Virus record (IMG/VR): IMGVR_UViG_3300030099_007635
Location: 1 to 64,000 of that record
DNA from: a virus
Direction: 5' to 3' (one strand)
DNA length: 64,000 nt
Shown here: positions 1-7,971 of the stretch, piece after piece
Numbering within the stretch: position 1 is the stretch's first letter
Layout of the letters: the number at the start of each line of letters is the position of its first letter
Position numbers and translations under genes: made by a program
The notes under the pieces: model-generated
Seen by the model: only the letters and a program-made list of their open reading frames with translations
Databases searched by the model: none
Told to the model about the DNA's origin: nothing

Positions 1-82
1 CAAAGTCGTAAGTCCAGTTGCCTCCGACTTCTTTCTCAAGGAGTTCCTCAAGCTTCGCTAAAAAATCTTCTGTTTTATTCAT
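1..82 (-). CDS. hypothetical protein, runs off left edge (MNKTEDFLAKLEELLEKEV...)
   Basis: ATG at 82 overlaps stop of 79..366 (ATGA); frame open to window edge. Confidence 0.55.
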   Translation of the reverse strand, partial: MNKTEDFLAKLEELLEKEVGGNWTYDF

Positions 83-366
83 GCTACTTCTCCTAGTCTG
101 TTTGATGGATCGTGAATGAGTCCTAAACCCTTATTGTATTTACTTCCATCTACTTCATCTAAATGGATGAACTCTACAGGAGAGTCTGATGCTGTTATTG
201 CTTCGACTACATACGATGTGTTGGTGTCGGCATTTTGTTCTTGTAAGAATAGATCAAAAAGATCTTTTGGGTTTGAGTTTTCTTCAGCCTCGTAAGTCGC
301 AACCATGCGCTCGCAATGGTAATCGCTTTCTTCCGTAACAAAAAGTGTATAATATTTTTTCTTCAT
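79..366 (-). CDS. small acidic hypothetical protein
   Basis: ORF track; tightly packed with neighbours. Confidence 0.7.
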   Translation of the reverse strand: MKKKYYTLFVTEESDYHCERMVATYEAEENSNPKDLFDLFLQEQNADTNTSYVVEAITASDSPVEFIHLDEVDGSKYNKGLGLIHDPSNRLGEVA

Positions 367-367
367 T

Positions 368-514
368 TTACTTATCTTCTTTTATCTCTTCAAAATTAAA
401 TGCTGTCACATCAGCAGTATAGCCAATCTCATGACAATATTTTATCATCTCATCGTAAGCTTGCTCTTCAGTCTCAGCTTCGATTACGTCTTCAAAAGTA
501 ACTTTAAACTTCAT
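368..514 (-). CDS. 48-aa acidic hypothetical protein (MKFKVTFEDVIEAETEEQAYDEM...)
   Basis: Translated by hand; fills gap between ORFs; EAxxEExA motif. Confidence 0.7.
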   Translation of the reverse strand: MKFKVTFEDVIEAETEEQAYDEMIKYCHEIGYTADVTAFNFEEIKEDK

Positions 515-683
515 CTTTTATCTCGTCGGTGTTGATTATCTCGTCAGAGTAGCTTATGTTAAAATCACAGTCATTTAATATCGCATCGTTGCAATAATCT
601 CTAACTTTGTTTTGTGCTTCTTCCTTTGAGTCTGCTTCGACTTCGAAGGTGTTATATATTGTGATTCCTATTTGGTATCTCAT
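504..683 (-). CDS. 59-aa acidic hypothetical protein (MRYQIGITIYNTFEVEADSKEEAQNKV...)
   Basis: Translated by hand; directly behind a sigma70-like promoter; EAxxxEEA motif. Confidence 0.7.
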   Translation of the reverse strand: MRYQIGITIYNTFEVEADSKEEAQNKVRDYCNDAILNDCDFNISYSDEIINTDEIKDEV

Positions 684-689
684 GTCGGC

Positions 690-718
690 AATTTAAATTA
701 ATTTAAATTCAGAGTCAA
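690..718 (-). promoter_or_regulatory. sigma70-like promoter TTGACT-N17-TAAATT, 6 nt before ATG, overlapped by a 20-bp AT palindrome
   Basis: Read directly from minus strand. Confidence 0.65.
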
Positions 719-724
719 GGGTTT

Positions 725-1045
725 TTATTTTCCTTGAATGAATCTTTTATATTCTTGTTTTACAACAGGCATGACCAGATAGTCAACTATCCTGACCAGT
801 GCCTCCTCAGTGTTCTCGTCATCCATGATGTTAGATAAGCCACTGATACCAAGGGCAACATGGTGGACTTCGTGAATCAAGGTATCCAACTCCTCTTCCT
901 GAGTCAGTCCCTTGCGGATATAGATAACTTTCTTATCAAAATCCATTTCCCCAAAGTCCTCCATGTCTTTTAAAACAATTTTAAATTCCATCCCTCCCAC
1001 CGTGATGGTGGGAGGGAGTGAGTATGATGCTTTTTTTCTTGGCAT
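725..1045 (-). CDS. small zinc metallopeptidase-like protein (ImmA/IrrE-like HExxH)
   Basis: DTLIHEVHH followed by EEALV. Confidence 0.7.
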   Translation of the reverse strand: MPRKKASYSLPPTITVGGMEFKIVLKDMEDFGEMDFDKKVIYIRKGLTQEEELDTLIHEVHHVALGISGLSNIMDDENTEEALVRIVDYLVMPVVKQEYKRFIQGK

Positions 1046-1965
1046 CAGCTTATCCTTTCCAGTGCTTTAGCTCCCTTGCCCGTGATCTCCCGCTTACCGT
1101 CGATTCGCATGAAACCGTTCTTCAGCAGGAAGACCTCTGCATCCTTCTGGAGTGCTGTTCTCGACATCCCTGTCACAGCAGAGAGCATCTGCAAGGTGCA
1201 AGCTCCACGTTCCTTGAGGATACGCATGACCTGCAACTCAGTGGCATTGATGCCGTATGGCATGATACCCAGGAGATCGCACAAACTCTTCCATTCTTTC
1301 TTGCCGAAAGTAGAGATGTTATTGACTTCCGCATATGCACTGACTTCCAACGCACGTTTGATTGCGGAGCGAGCATTACCCCTGACGGTTTGACAGATTT
1401 CATCAAGGATGTTATCCTTGAAGTCAATCCAATCCATCTTCTTCTGGATAATGCTACCCAACTCTTTTCCACTGTATGGTTCGAAGTCCAGTTGTGTAAG
1501 ACGATCCTTAAAAGGAGGAAACAGTTTGTCCAGTTCGGTAGTAGCAAACAAGAAAGTCTGCCTTTCGAACTCAAACAAGAGACTGGATTCACCAAATTCA
1601 AATCGTTTGGTCTTAGCACCCTCGATATTGAAGATGGTCAGAAAAGCCATTTCCAAATCTTTCGGTAAGGCATGAGCCTCATCCAGTAGGATGGTAACAT
1701 CCTTGTCCAAGATCGCAGGAATAAAAACCTGCTCAAAGAACTGCTCTGCATTACGAATGGTAGAACAATTAATTTCGATCATGGGTTTGCTCAGAGACTT
1801 AGCAAATGCTTTTGCAAACTCTGTCTTACCTAATCCCTTCGCTCCATTGAACAGAAGAAAAGGGAGTGTGCCTGTAGCTTTCTTAGCATCGCTATAAAAG
1901 TTAAGGCGACTCTTAAGAGTGTCTTGTCCGACAAGACCTTCAAACATATCAGTGGTTTCGCTCAT
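1045..1965 (-). CDS. ruvB: RuvB-like AAA+ ATPase (Holliday junction branch-migration motor family)
   Basis: FEGLVGQD, Walker A GAKGLGKT, Walker B LLDEAH, FATT..PFKDR, RGNAR, C-terminal winged helix E.FL...G....GR.IT. Confidence 0.8.
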   Translation of the reverse strand: MSETTDMFEGLVGQDTLKSRLNFYSDAKKATGTLPFLLFNGAKGLGKTEFAKAFAKSLSKPMIEINCSTIRNAEQFFEQVFIPAILDKDVTILLDEAHALPKDLEMAFLTIFNIEGAKTKRFEFGESSLLFEFERQTFLFATTELDKLFPPFKDRLTQLDFEPYSGKELGSIIQKKMDWIDFKDNILDEICQTVRGNARSAIKRALEVSAYAEVNNISTFGKKEWKSLCDLLGIMPYGINATELQVMRILKERGACTLQMLSAVTGMSRTALQKDAEVFLLKNGFMRIDGKREITGKGAKALERIS

Positions 1966-2198
1966 TACTCAAACGTGTTTACAGAGAATTGAATCTTCTC
2001 TTGTGGTTCCGCTACTTCGCGGAGGGGTTCTCTTTTAACAGGGGCGGGATCGACAGTCAAGCCAATTTCTTCCAGCCACCGTTTAGAGACAATGATGGTC
2101 GCTTCAGAACCTACCTGCTTCGCTAGGTCACTTAACTTGACTCTAGTGAAGGAAGTAGAACCCTTGGGGCGACCCCTCTTCTTTGGTGTTTCGTTCAT
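1965..2198 (-). CDS. small AT-hook DNA-binding protein
   Basis: N-terminal KKRGRPKG. Confidence 0.65.
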   Translation of the reverse strand: MNETPKKRGRPKGSTSFTRVKLSDLAKQVGSEATIIVSKRWLEEIGLTVDPAPVKREPLREVAEPQEKIQFSVNTFE

Positions 2199-2206
2199 AT
2201 GGAGGC

Positions 2207-2235
2207 ACTATAAACTCTATGTATACAGTGTGCAA
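2207..2235 (-). promoter_or_regulatory. sigma70-like promoter TTGCAC-N17-TATAGT, 8 nt before ATG
   Basis: Read from sequence. Confidence 0.6.
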
Positions 2236-2271
2236 GACTTTTTTTGCATTTTTTTGAATTTAATTTCTTTT

Positions 2272-2277
2272 GTGTAA
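2272..2277 (+). promoter_or_regulatory. GTGTAA putative late-promoter motif
   Basis: 8 nt before ATG 2286; recurs before 8 gene starts. Confidence 0.55.
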
Positions 2278-2285
2278 TTAAATAT

Positions 2286-2615
2286 ATGACCCTGATAGTG
2301 GTTTCTGCTCTCACTACAAACGAAGGATTATATTTTAGGTATCTCACCAACGTGATGAGGTTCGATTACAGCATGGATGTTATTGTGGAGGCACAGAAAG
2401 AACAAATAGATTACTATTATTCTATATTAAAACGAAAAGGTTTATACGATTTCGTGTCAGAAATAATTTCGCCTGATATAAAAGAAGAAGGAATAAGATT
2501 AGATACGGAGATGAATTACCCACTCACCGTAACGACACAAAAGATTTCTGTGATTAACGTGTCAGAACTAATAAATAAAATTAAGTTATTAGCGAAAATA
2601 AAAGAATCAATTTAA
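2286..2615 (+). CDS. hypothetical protein
   Basis: ORF 2244..2615; ATG at 2286 preferred because of GTGTAA motif. Confidence 0.65.
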   Translation: MTLIVVSALTTNEGLYFRYLTNVMRFDYSMDVIVEAQKEQIDYYYSILKRKGLYDFVSEIISPDIKEEGIRLDTEMNYPLTVTTQKISVINVSELINKIKLLAKIKESI

Positions 2616-2628
2616 ATGTTCGGCTATC

Positions 2629-2707
2629 TACGCGCACTTATTTGGAAAAAAATCATTCGATCTGGGGGTTTTACGCGCTTATTTGGCAAAATCGCAGTCG
2701 ATCTGGG
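2629..2707. repeat. two imperfect ~37-bp direct repeats between convergent genes
   Basis: tacgcgcacttatttggaaaaaaatcattcgatctggg (2629-2666) vs tacgcgcttatttggcaaaatcgcagtcgatctggg (2672-2707). Confidence 0.75.
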
Positions 2708-3838
2708 CTATTTTTCGTTGGGTGGTGCGATGGGATTAGACCATTCTGAAATAATTCTAGCAACTCCCCATCTTAAAGGTAATATTCTAGCAAAATCAAA
2801 TGTGTCAGGCTTTGGATGCGGGGGAACTCTTTCGTTTATTATAGACCAACCACTCCAAGGCTCGTAAACCTCTGTGATGTATTTAACTTTTTGATTGGTA
2901 TACCAGTAAGCGTAGAAGTAGGGCTGTAAATCGTTGGGCCATACCTCTATGAAAGGGGTTATGTATGGAGGTTCGGGCGGTGGTTGTATGCCAACTCTTG
3001 TTAATGTTTTTTTGCCAACGAAATCAACAGGTGGATGCAGGGTTACTCTGCCTCCTCTGTGCTTGACTTGAATTGCAAACGCAGAAGGAATGTAATCACT
3101 ACCCGCATCATCCATCTCTGACCCTATCTTGCGCCACCCATCAGGCAGAAATGGAAATTCTTTTTTATTAGAGTAGTAATACTGATCGTATTTACCTGTG
3201 TCTTCTCTTTGAAGCCACACAATATCTCCATTAATACCTGTTTTAAAGCCAGAGGATTTGTGAATTAGCGACTGGTCTAGGGTAATCGGAATAGGATAGC
3301 CCCTATTTAATGAATTAAAACCTCTAGTTACCCTGTATACCATTGGTAACCTTCTGACATATCCACCAAAAGCAATGACATAATCCTCCGATCTCTTTGA
3401 TTCAATCCAAAAGCCACTGGTTTCAGGTATGTAATACTCACCAAGATCGGTGTCTCCCCAACCAACCCCCTTCCATCCTACTGAAAGTCCCTCGGGATCG
3501 TTGATTAGGTCTTGATCGTTATAGTAGAACTGAATCCACTCATCACCATACTTCACCCACACTATGTCAGCATCCCTCCAGTAAGGATGTGCAACCAAAC
3601 CTATCTCATTATTAGGTCCAAATGCCTCGTTTATGCTGCGATTGTGACGACCATTTGGAGTTCTACTAACATTATATGCAATGTGAGTAAAGCTATTAGC
3701 CTTTATAGTCTCAACGTGGAAACCAACATAATCAGAGGTAGAGTAACTCGTTTGAGAGTAAGCTCTTTCTGCGTTTACCGCAAACGCAGACAATAAAAAT
3801 GAAATTAAACCCGCAAAATATGTATTTTTCCTGATCAC
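2708..3838 (-). CDS. exported protein with internal duplication, resembles Verrucomicrobial TIGR02597-type surface proteins
   Basis: Signal peptide (AVNA/E), SDYVGF start, two DIVW...YY...GW..G..D.G..YIP units, Pro-rich linker. Confidence 0.5.
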   Translation of the reverse strand: MIRKNTYFAGLISFLLSAFAVNAERAYSQTSYSTSDYVGFHVETIKANSFTHIAYNVSRTPNGRHNRSINEAFGPNNEIGLVAHPYWRDADIVWVKYGDEWIQFYYNDQDLINDPEGLSVGWKGVGWGDTDLGEYYIPETSGFWIESKRSEDYVIAFGGYVRRLPMVYRVTRGFNSLNRGYPIPITLDQSLIHKSSGFKTGINGDIVWLQREDTGKYDQYYYSNKKEFPFLPDGWRKIGSEMDDAGSDYIPSAFAIQVKHRGGRVTLHPPVDFVGKKTLTRVGIQPPPEPPYITPFIEVWPNDLQPYFYAYWYTNQKVKYITEVYEPWSGWSIINERVPPHPKPDTFDFARILPLRWGVARIISEWSNPIAPPNEK

Positions 3839-3849
3839 CCCATACCACT

Positions 3850-3855
3850 TTACAC
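3850..3855 (-). promoter_or_regulatory. GTGTAA motif
   Basis: 11 nt before GTG 3838. Confidence 0.45.
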
Positions 3856-3874
3856 TTCTGGGGGAGCAATGTAA

Positions 3875-4558
3875 TTAAAAAGTATATTTAAAAGTGTCGC
3901 AGTCTTCTTCAAAGATAGATTTAATTAACTTTTTATCCTCAATAGTAAAGTAATCCTTATAATGCGAGTGCTTACTCTTATTGGTGTGAGGCAGATCAGA
4001 AGAAACACAAGAGATATTGTTTTTTTCTACCATAGACTTGTAGTCTTCCCTGAGATTTTCGAATTTTAATATGCAGTTTAACCCCAAAGAAGTATTTGTC
4101 CACTCTGTCTGCTTGAAAACGGGCAAAAAGAAAGGGTCTCCCTCTCTATCTTTCAGAACTTTACAGAAACCACTAAAAGATAAATCGTTTTTTAAGCCAA
4201 ACAAGTAGGCTAAACCTAGTTTTTTGCCAAAGTGATACATAGATACAACCCTATCCCAAGGATTTCTTACAACAGCAAAAGAAAAACAATCAAGCTCAAG
4301 AGGATTTATGACAGACCGAAGTTCTTCTGGGCGAGCATGAGTTACATCAAAGACTTTCTTATAGATGTTATGGTCTAACTTCTCCGTTAACTCCGACTCA
4401 TACCTTTTTACTATATTTCGGGTGCCTAGAACCTGCATAATGGATGAGCTAGCGTTTTTAGGTATCCGCAAAAACAACAAGTGATCTTTGTTCAAAAGAC
4501 TATCATCTTGCCTCACCTTTATGGCGGCTTTAAAAAAATTTAAAAAATCATCCTGCAT
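3875..4558 (-). CDS. sulfotransferase family 2 protein
   Basis: PAPS-binding motifs RIPKNASSS and VRNPWDRVVSMY, plus KFENL. Confidence 0.8.
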   Translation of the reverse strand: MQDDFLNFFKAAIKVRQDDSLLNKDHLLFLRIPKNASSSIMQVLGTRNIVKRYESELTEKLDHNIYKKVFDVTHARPEELRSVINPLELDCFSFAVVRNPWDRVVSMYHFGKKLGLAYLFGLKNDLSFSGFCKVLKDREGDPFFLPVFKQTEWTNTSLGLNCILKFENLREDYKSMVEKNNISCVSSDLPHTNKSKHSHYKDYFTIEDKKLIKSIFEEDCDTFKYTF

Positions 4559-4979
4559 CCTTTTGTTTGCTCTCGACTCTTTTTAGATAAGATACTGCTT
4601 TCTGAACTCCCTCAAGGTTGTCTCCTAGCTTGCCAAGTCCAGTATTACATGACTCACAAAGCCAGCCACGAAACTCTTTTGTAGTGTGGCAGTGATCTAA
4701 GTGAAGGCTTTTGTCTGACTTTTCTCCACAGCACTCGCACCGTTCTGGAGGAGGTGGAGATATTTTTTTTAAATAATTTCTTAACTCCGTGTGTTCTTTT
4801 ATACAAGTTTTACACCTAACATCTAAATTGTCAGCGTAATGACAATGTTTTGGAAATTGCTCTAAAGGTTTTGTTGTTCCACAGATTTTGCAGGTTTTGG
4901 TATTGGGATCATCGGGGTCTAAATCAAAAACCAGATCATAATCATTGATATTAAATAGATTTAGCTGGTCTTCTTTCAT
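4548..4979 (-). CDS. endonuclease VII-like protein with N-terminal Zn finger
   Basis: CECC..LHLDHCH...RGWLCESCNTGLG. Confidence 0.8.
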   Translation of the reverse strand: MKEDQLNLFNINDYDLVFDLDPDDPNTKTCKICGTTKPLEQFPKHCHYADNLDVRCKTCIKEHTELRNYLKKISPPPPERCECCGEKSDKSLHLDHCHTTKEFRGWLCESCNTGLGKLGDNLEGVQKAVSYLKRVESKQKDAG

Positions 4980-4985
4980 TTAAAA

Positions 4986-5204
4986 TTAATTTAAATGTTC
5001 ATACATCATAATAAATCCCTCTCCATTGCATTGCACACCCATTACGTTATAATCAATCCACTCAACGGCCTCCTCCACAGTCATTCCCTGCTTTTCAAAA
5101 ACCTTAACCACCTTGTTGTAGTCATAAATTAACAACCCGCCGTCCGATACCCCCGCTACAGCATCCTCTAAGCCGTGTAGTATTAAAGCTCCGTCTTTAA
5201 GCAT
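4986..5204 (-). CDS. conserved phage hypothetical protein
   Basis: MLKDG..GLEDAVAG..IYDYNK..MTVEEAVEWIDYN; ATG 5204 more plausible than 5327. Confidence 0.65.
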   Translation of the reverse strand: MLKDGALILHGLEDAVAGVSDGGLLIYDYNKVVKVFEKQGMTVEEAVEWIDYNVMGVQCNGEGFIMMYEHLN

Positions 5205-5661
5205 GGAACCAAGATGGTGTCTCTCTCTTACTCCACTTAGCAAAGTAAGCTTTTTCTCCGTTGTAGTATGACCTGTAAGCAGTAACAGAACAATCGTTTT
5301 TGTATTGCTCTGGCATTGCTTGTGCAAACTTGGTTAATCCTTTGCGTGGTATATTTAGCTTGTGGTAATTAGATCCACACCACTGGATAGCGTCGAGAGA
5401 CTTATGCACCTTGCCATAGCGTCTAGTATACTCTTGGCACATGGCGTAAGCGTGGTCTAGCAACCACTCGTAGTTCTCCGCTGACTCTCTAGCCCACTTA
5501 GTGCAGGGATGATTGTAGAATGCTCTCCTGTATGGAGCATCTCCATTAGGAAAGGCGGCACAGAGCATCTGCGCTGACTCTAAAATCATTTTGACTACAT
5601 GTTTATCACACAATTGTTGTGCGGCGGTCTTGGGGTCGGTGTCTACTGCAAATATATTCAT
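5197..5661 (-). CDS. pyrimidine-dimer DNA glycosylase (DenV)-like protein
   Basis: MNIF..D..A...CDKHVVKMILESAQML, NHPC..W, EY..RYGK.H. Confidence 0.7.
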   Translation of the reverse strand: MNIFAVDTDPKTAAQQLCDKHVVKMILESAQMLCAAFPNGDAPYRRAFYNHPCTKWARESAENYEWLLDHAYAMCQEYTRRYGKVHKSLDAIQWCGSNYHKLNIPRKGLTKFAQAMPEQYKNDCSVTAYRSYYNGEKAYFAKWSKRETPSWFHA

Positions 5662-5663
5662 GT

Positions 5664-6113
5664 TTATTTGGCGTTTTCTTTTTCGATCTGGGAGTAGTGT
5701 AGCCCATCATTGCCGTTACGTCCAATGATATCAATGCGTTTTTCTCCTTGAAGCTCTTGTTCTTCAGTTAACTTGGCATGGTAGTGGTGTAGGTTGCCTT
5801 TCCTCTCCTCCATGAGCATTGCTTTTGCGAGAATGGCATAGTTAACAATATCATCACAAGCATCTTCTACAGTTTCATTAGGGACAGATAATTCACTGTC
5901 ATTGGTGAACGAATAGATTCTTTTTATTTTGTCGATTACGCGGAGAAGCAAACCCTGCACAGGATGGATGTCCAGTATCTTAGATGCATTAAAATTAGCA
6001 AAGGGATCGGTAGCACCCTTGCCACCAGTGTAATCGCTGTTTTTCTTTTGCATGATTACCCTGCACTTGTCGCAGGTTTCCTCATGTAGTTCCAATAAGT
6101 CTTCAACGGTCAT
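5664..6113 (-). CDS. DUF1599 / nucleotide-modification-associated helical protein
   Basis: KKNSDY, DPFANF, R..DKIKR, ETVED..D..NYA. Confidence 0.65.
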   Translation of the reverse strand: MTVEDLLELHEETCDKCRVIMQKKNSDYTGGKGATDPFANFNASKILDIHPVQGLLLRVIDKIKRIYSFTNDSELSVPNETVEDACDDIVNYAILAKAMLMEERKGNLHHYHAKLTEEQELQGEKRIDIIGRNGNDGLHYSQIEKENAK

Positions 6114-6544
6114 AATTTTTTTATTCTTTCAAGGTAATCCCAAACTGTCTTCGCATACCAGCCGCCCCCACGCGGCGACTTTATTGCTCTGTTATTTAAT
6201 TCTTTAGCAATTGAGAGATAAGAGGTAAATCCAGCCTCGTTTAATTCTTTAAAAATTGGCTTCATCTCTCTAGCAAACTTATCTGCTTTATCTTTGTTGC
6301 GAGCCGCTTGAACCTTACCATGACTACCCAGTTTAACACCCCTAGCTTTCGCTGCTGCAAGACGTTCCTTGGTTATTTTACTTATATTACATCTCCTTCT
6401 CATGGAGTGGATTTCCCCATGGTGCTTGGGACACAAGGTTAGAAGGTTTGTTTCATCATCAGAACCACCCATAGATTTGGGTAACCAATGATGCTGTTCG
6501 ATGCCATCACTTTCTCCACAGATGGCGCAAAATTTTAATTTCAT
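6110..6544 (-). CDS. HNH endonuclease fused to serine-recombinase-type DNA-binding domain
   Basis: CAIC..HHWLP..GG....NL..LC..HH..IH, then KERLAAAKARGVKLG and IAKELN.R.I.SPRGG.W...TV. Confidence 0.7.
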   Translation of the reverse strand: MKLKFCAICGESDGIEQHHWLPKSMGGSDDETNLLTLCPKHHGEIHSMRRRCNISKITKERLAAAKARGVKLGSHGKVQAARNKDKADKFAREMKPIFKELNEAGFTSYLSIAKELNNRAIKSPRGGGWYAKTVWDYLERIKKL

Positions 6545-6565
6545 TAACCAATAAGTCTTTGATGG

Positions 6566-6895
6566 TCATTTAATTGGCTTCTTTGCTAAGTGTGTTGAGG
6601 AAATACTATACTCCGTGGAGTGTTGATTACCCTTCGCTATAGAGGTGAAGGTGAAGGAATCTTGAGGGTCAGCAGGACGACCATAGCCTCTCTCGTCCTC
6701 AAGTGTTTCTAACATTTTACACAGTTGATATTTGGTGAGAGTAACCGTCACTGGGAATTCTTTTTGTTTTTTATTCTCGTAAGTGACTGTTATTTTATCA
6801 ACCTTAGTCTCCGTGTTATTTGCCAGTATTAGGCTAACACAGAAGAGTGTTAAAGTAAAACAACAGGATAGAATGATTAGTGTTTTTTTATTCAT
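6566..6895 (-). CDS. hypothetical protein with N-terminal signal/TM
   Basis: Hydrophobic N-terminus. Confidence 0.6.
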   Translation of the reverse strand: MNKKTLIILSCCFTLTLFCVSLILANNTETKVDKITVTYENKKQKEFPVTVTLTKYQLCKMLETLEDERGYGRPADPQDSFTFTSIAKGNQHSTEYSISSTHLAKKPIK

Positions 6896-7359
6896 TAGTC
6901 TACTAGTAAGTTAAAAATTTCAACATCAGAGAATGTTTGGGGGTATTGGGCCGCTTCAATTAACAGTTGCTCTTTTGTTTCTAGAGATCTCATCGTCTCA
7001 TTAACAGTGGCAGAGTCAAGCATTAATTCTCTTGTCTCTATGTCATAGACATACAGATCATCATGGAATTTAGAATACTCTAAAATATAATCTATTGCTT
7101 GATCAAGAGTCTCGGTCTGCTCCAGCATCTCATCGTCATAGCTATTCTGAATCCTGATTTCATATTTGAAGGTCACCATAGCTAGATCAGTCTCTACAGC
7201 CTCTACAGCCTCAAGGAAGTCAAACTCAATAGATGGGTAAACAGATTCGTAGTCAACCTGCTTCTCTATGAAATGGACTGCAACCATCATGAAGCAGTAA
7301 ATGACCAAACCAAAAACTACTCCCACCCCCAAGGCTTGAATTAAATCTTTTTTATTCAT
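6895..7359 (-). CDS. membrane-anchored acidic hypothetical protein
   Basis: Start MNKKDLIQ at 7359, followed by a TM helix. Confidence 0.6.
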   Translation of the reverse strand: MNKKDLIQALGVGVVFGLVIYCFMMVAVHFIEKQVDYESVYPSIEFDFLEAVEAVETDLAMVTFKYEIRIQNSYDDEMLEQTETLDQAIDYILEYSKFHDDLYVYDIETRELMLDSATVNETMRSLETKEQLLIEAAQYPQTFSDVEIFNLLVD

Positions 7360-7621
7360 GGTTACTATTGTGTTTTTTCTTCTCTTCCATTCTACGGATA
7401 TGTTTATCCCAAATATTTTCCTGATCTGGAGTAGGGGTGAAAACTTGTGAAAGTCTACGCATTTTTTCTTGCTGTTGAAGATTGCGATAAACTTGCACAG
7501 GAAATTTAAAAAATGAATCAACCAAAGAGACCACACCAATAAAAAGGGATAACAAAACCCCCACTGTTAATGCGGCTATGATTGATACTGAGATATGGAG
7601 TATTTTTGTGTAGTTTGCCAT
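7352..7621 (-). CDS. small membrane protein
   Basis: N-terminal TM helix. Confidence 0.6.
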   Translation of the reverse strand: MANYTKILHISVSIIAALTVGVLLSLFIGVVSLVDSFFKFPVQVYRNLQQQEKMRRLSQVFTPTPDQENIWDKHIRRMEEKKKHNSNHE

Positions 7622-7701
7622 TACTTAGAAAGGAAAATCATTAACATAAAAAAAGCAAACACGAAAAGCAACAGGTGAATAATAGACTCAAACCTAGACA
7701 T
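7621..7701 (-). CDS. 26-aa hydrophobic peptide (MSRFESIIHLLLFVFAFFMLMIFLSK)
   Basis: Hand-translated; TAATG coupling to next gene. Confidence 0.5.
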   Translation of the reverse strand: MSRFESIIHLLLFVFAFFMLMIFLSK

Positions 7702-7731
7702 GTCGATTTATTTTTATTTTTTCGACACATT

Positions 7732-7971
7732 CTAGAATAATGTCGATTGATGCGCCATATCCTGCTCAGGAAAGTATTTTGCCAAGGCAGTTAGTCTGTC
7801 GTCAGCAGACACTAGCAATTCAAGAGCCTCATTTGCATTATCCCAGAAGTCGCTGGTAGAGTGGTCGCCAATGCCAGCGGGGTTCTCTGAAAGGATTTCG
7901 AGGCTGAGTAGAGCTTTGCTTTTATCTGCTTCAGCGGCAGACTTCAGCATTCTAAATAGTTCTGGTTTCAT
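7732..7971 (-). CDS. conserved phage hypothetical protein
   Basis: L..L.ENPAGIGDHS..D pattern. Confidence 0.65.
   Translation of the reverse strand: MKPELFRMLKSAAEADKSKALLSLEILSENPAGIGDHSTSDFWDNANEALELLVSADDRLTALAKYFPEQDMAHQSTLF

Noticed and set aside
1018-1897. Plus-strand and alternate-frame ORFs over ruvB (216, 105, 148, 88, 68 aa)
   Set aside because: Shadows of a gene with clear motifs; no recognisable features of their own
2629-2707. Possible mini-CRISPR array
   Set aside because: Only two degenerate copies with a 5-nt gap; no spacer and no cas operon
2616-2867. 83-aa plus-strand ORF across the direct repeat
   Set aside because: Overlaps the 376-aa gene antisense and runs through the repeat; likely spurious
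6895-7539. Longer starts in the ORF track (7539; also 9393, 10144, 16555, 36630, 42984, 51859, 55972)
   Set aside because: Extensions overlap upstream genes; downstream ATGs fit the promoter or coupling pattern better
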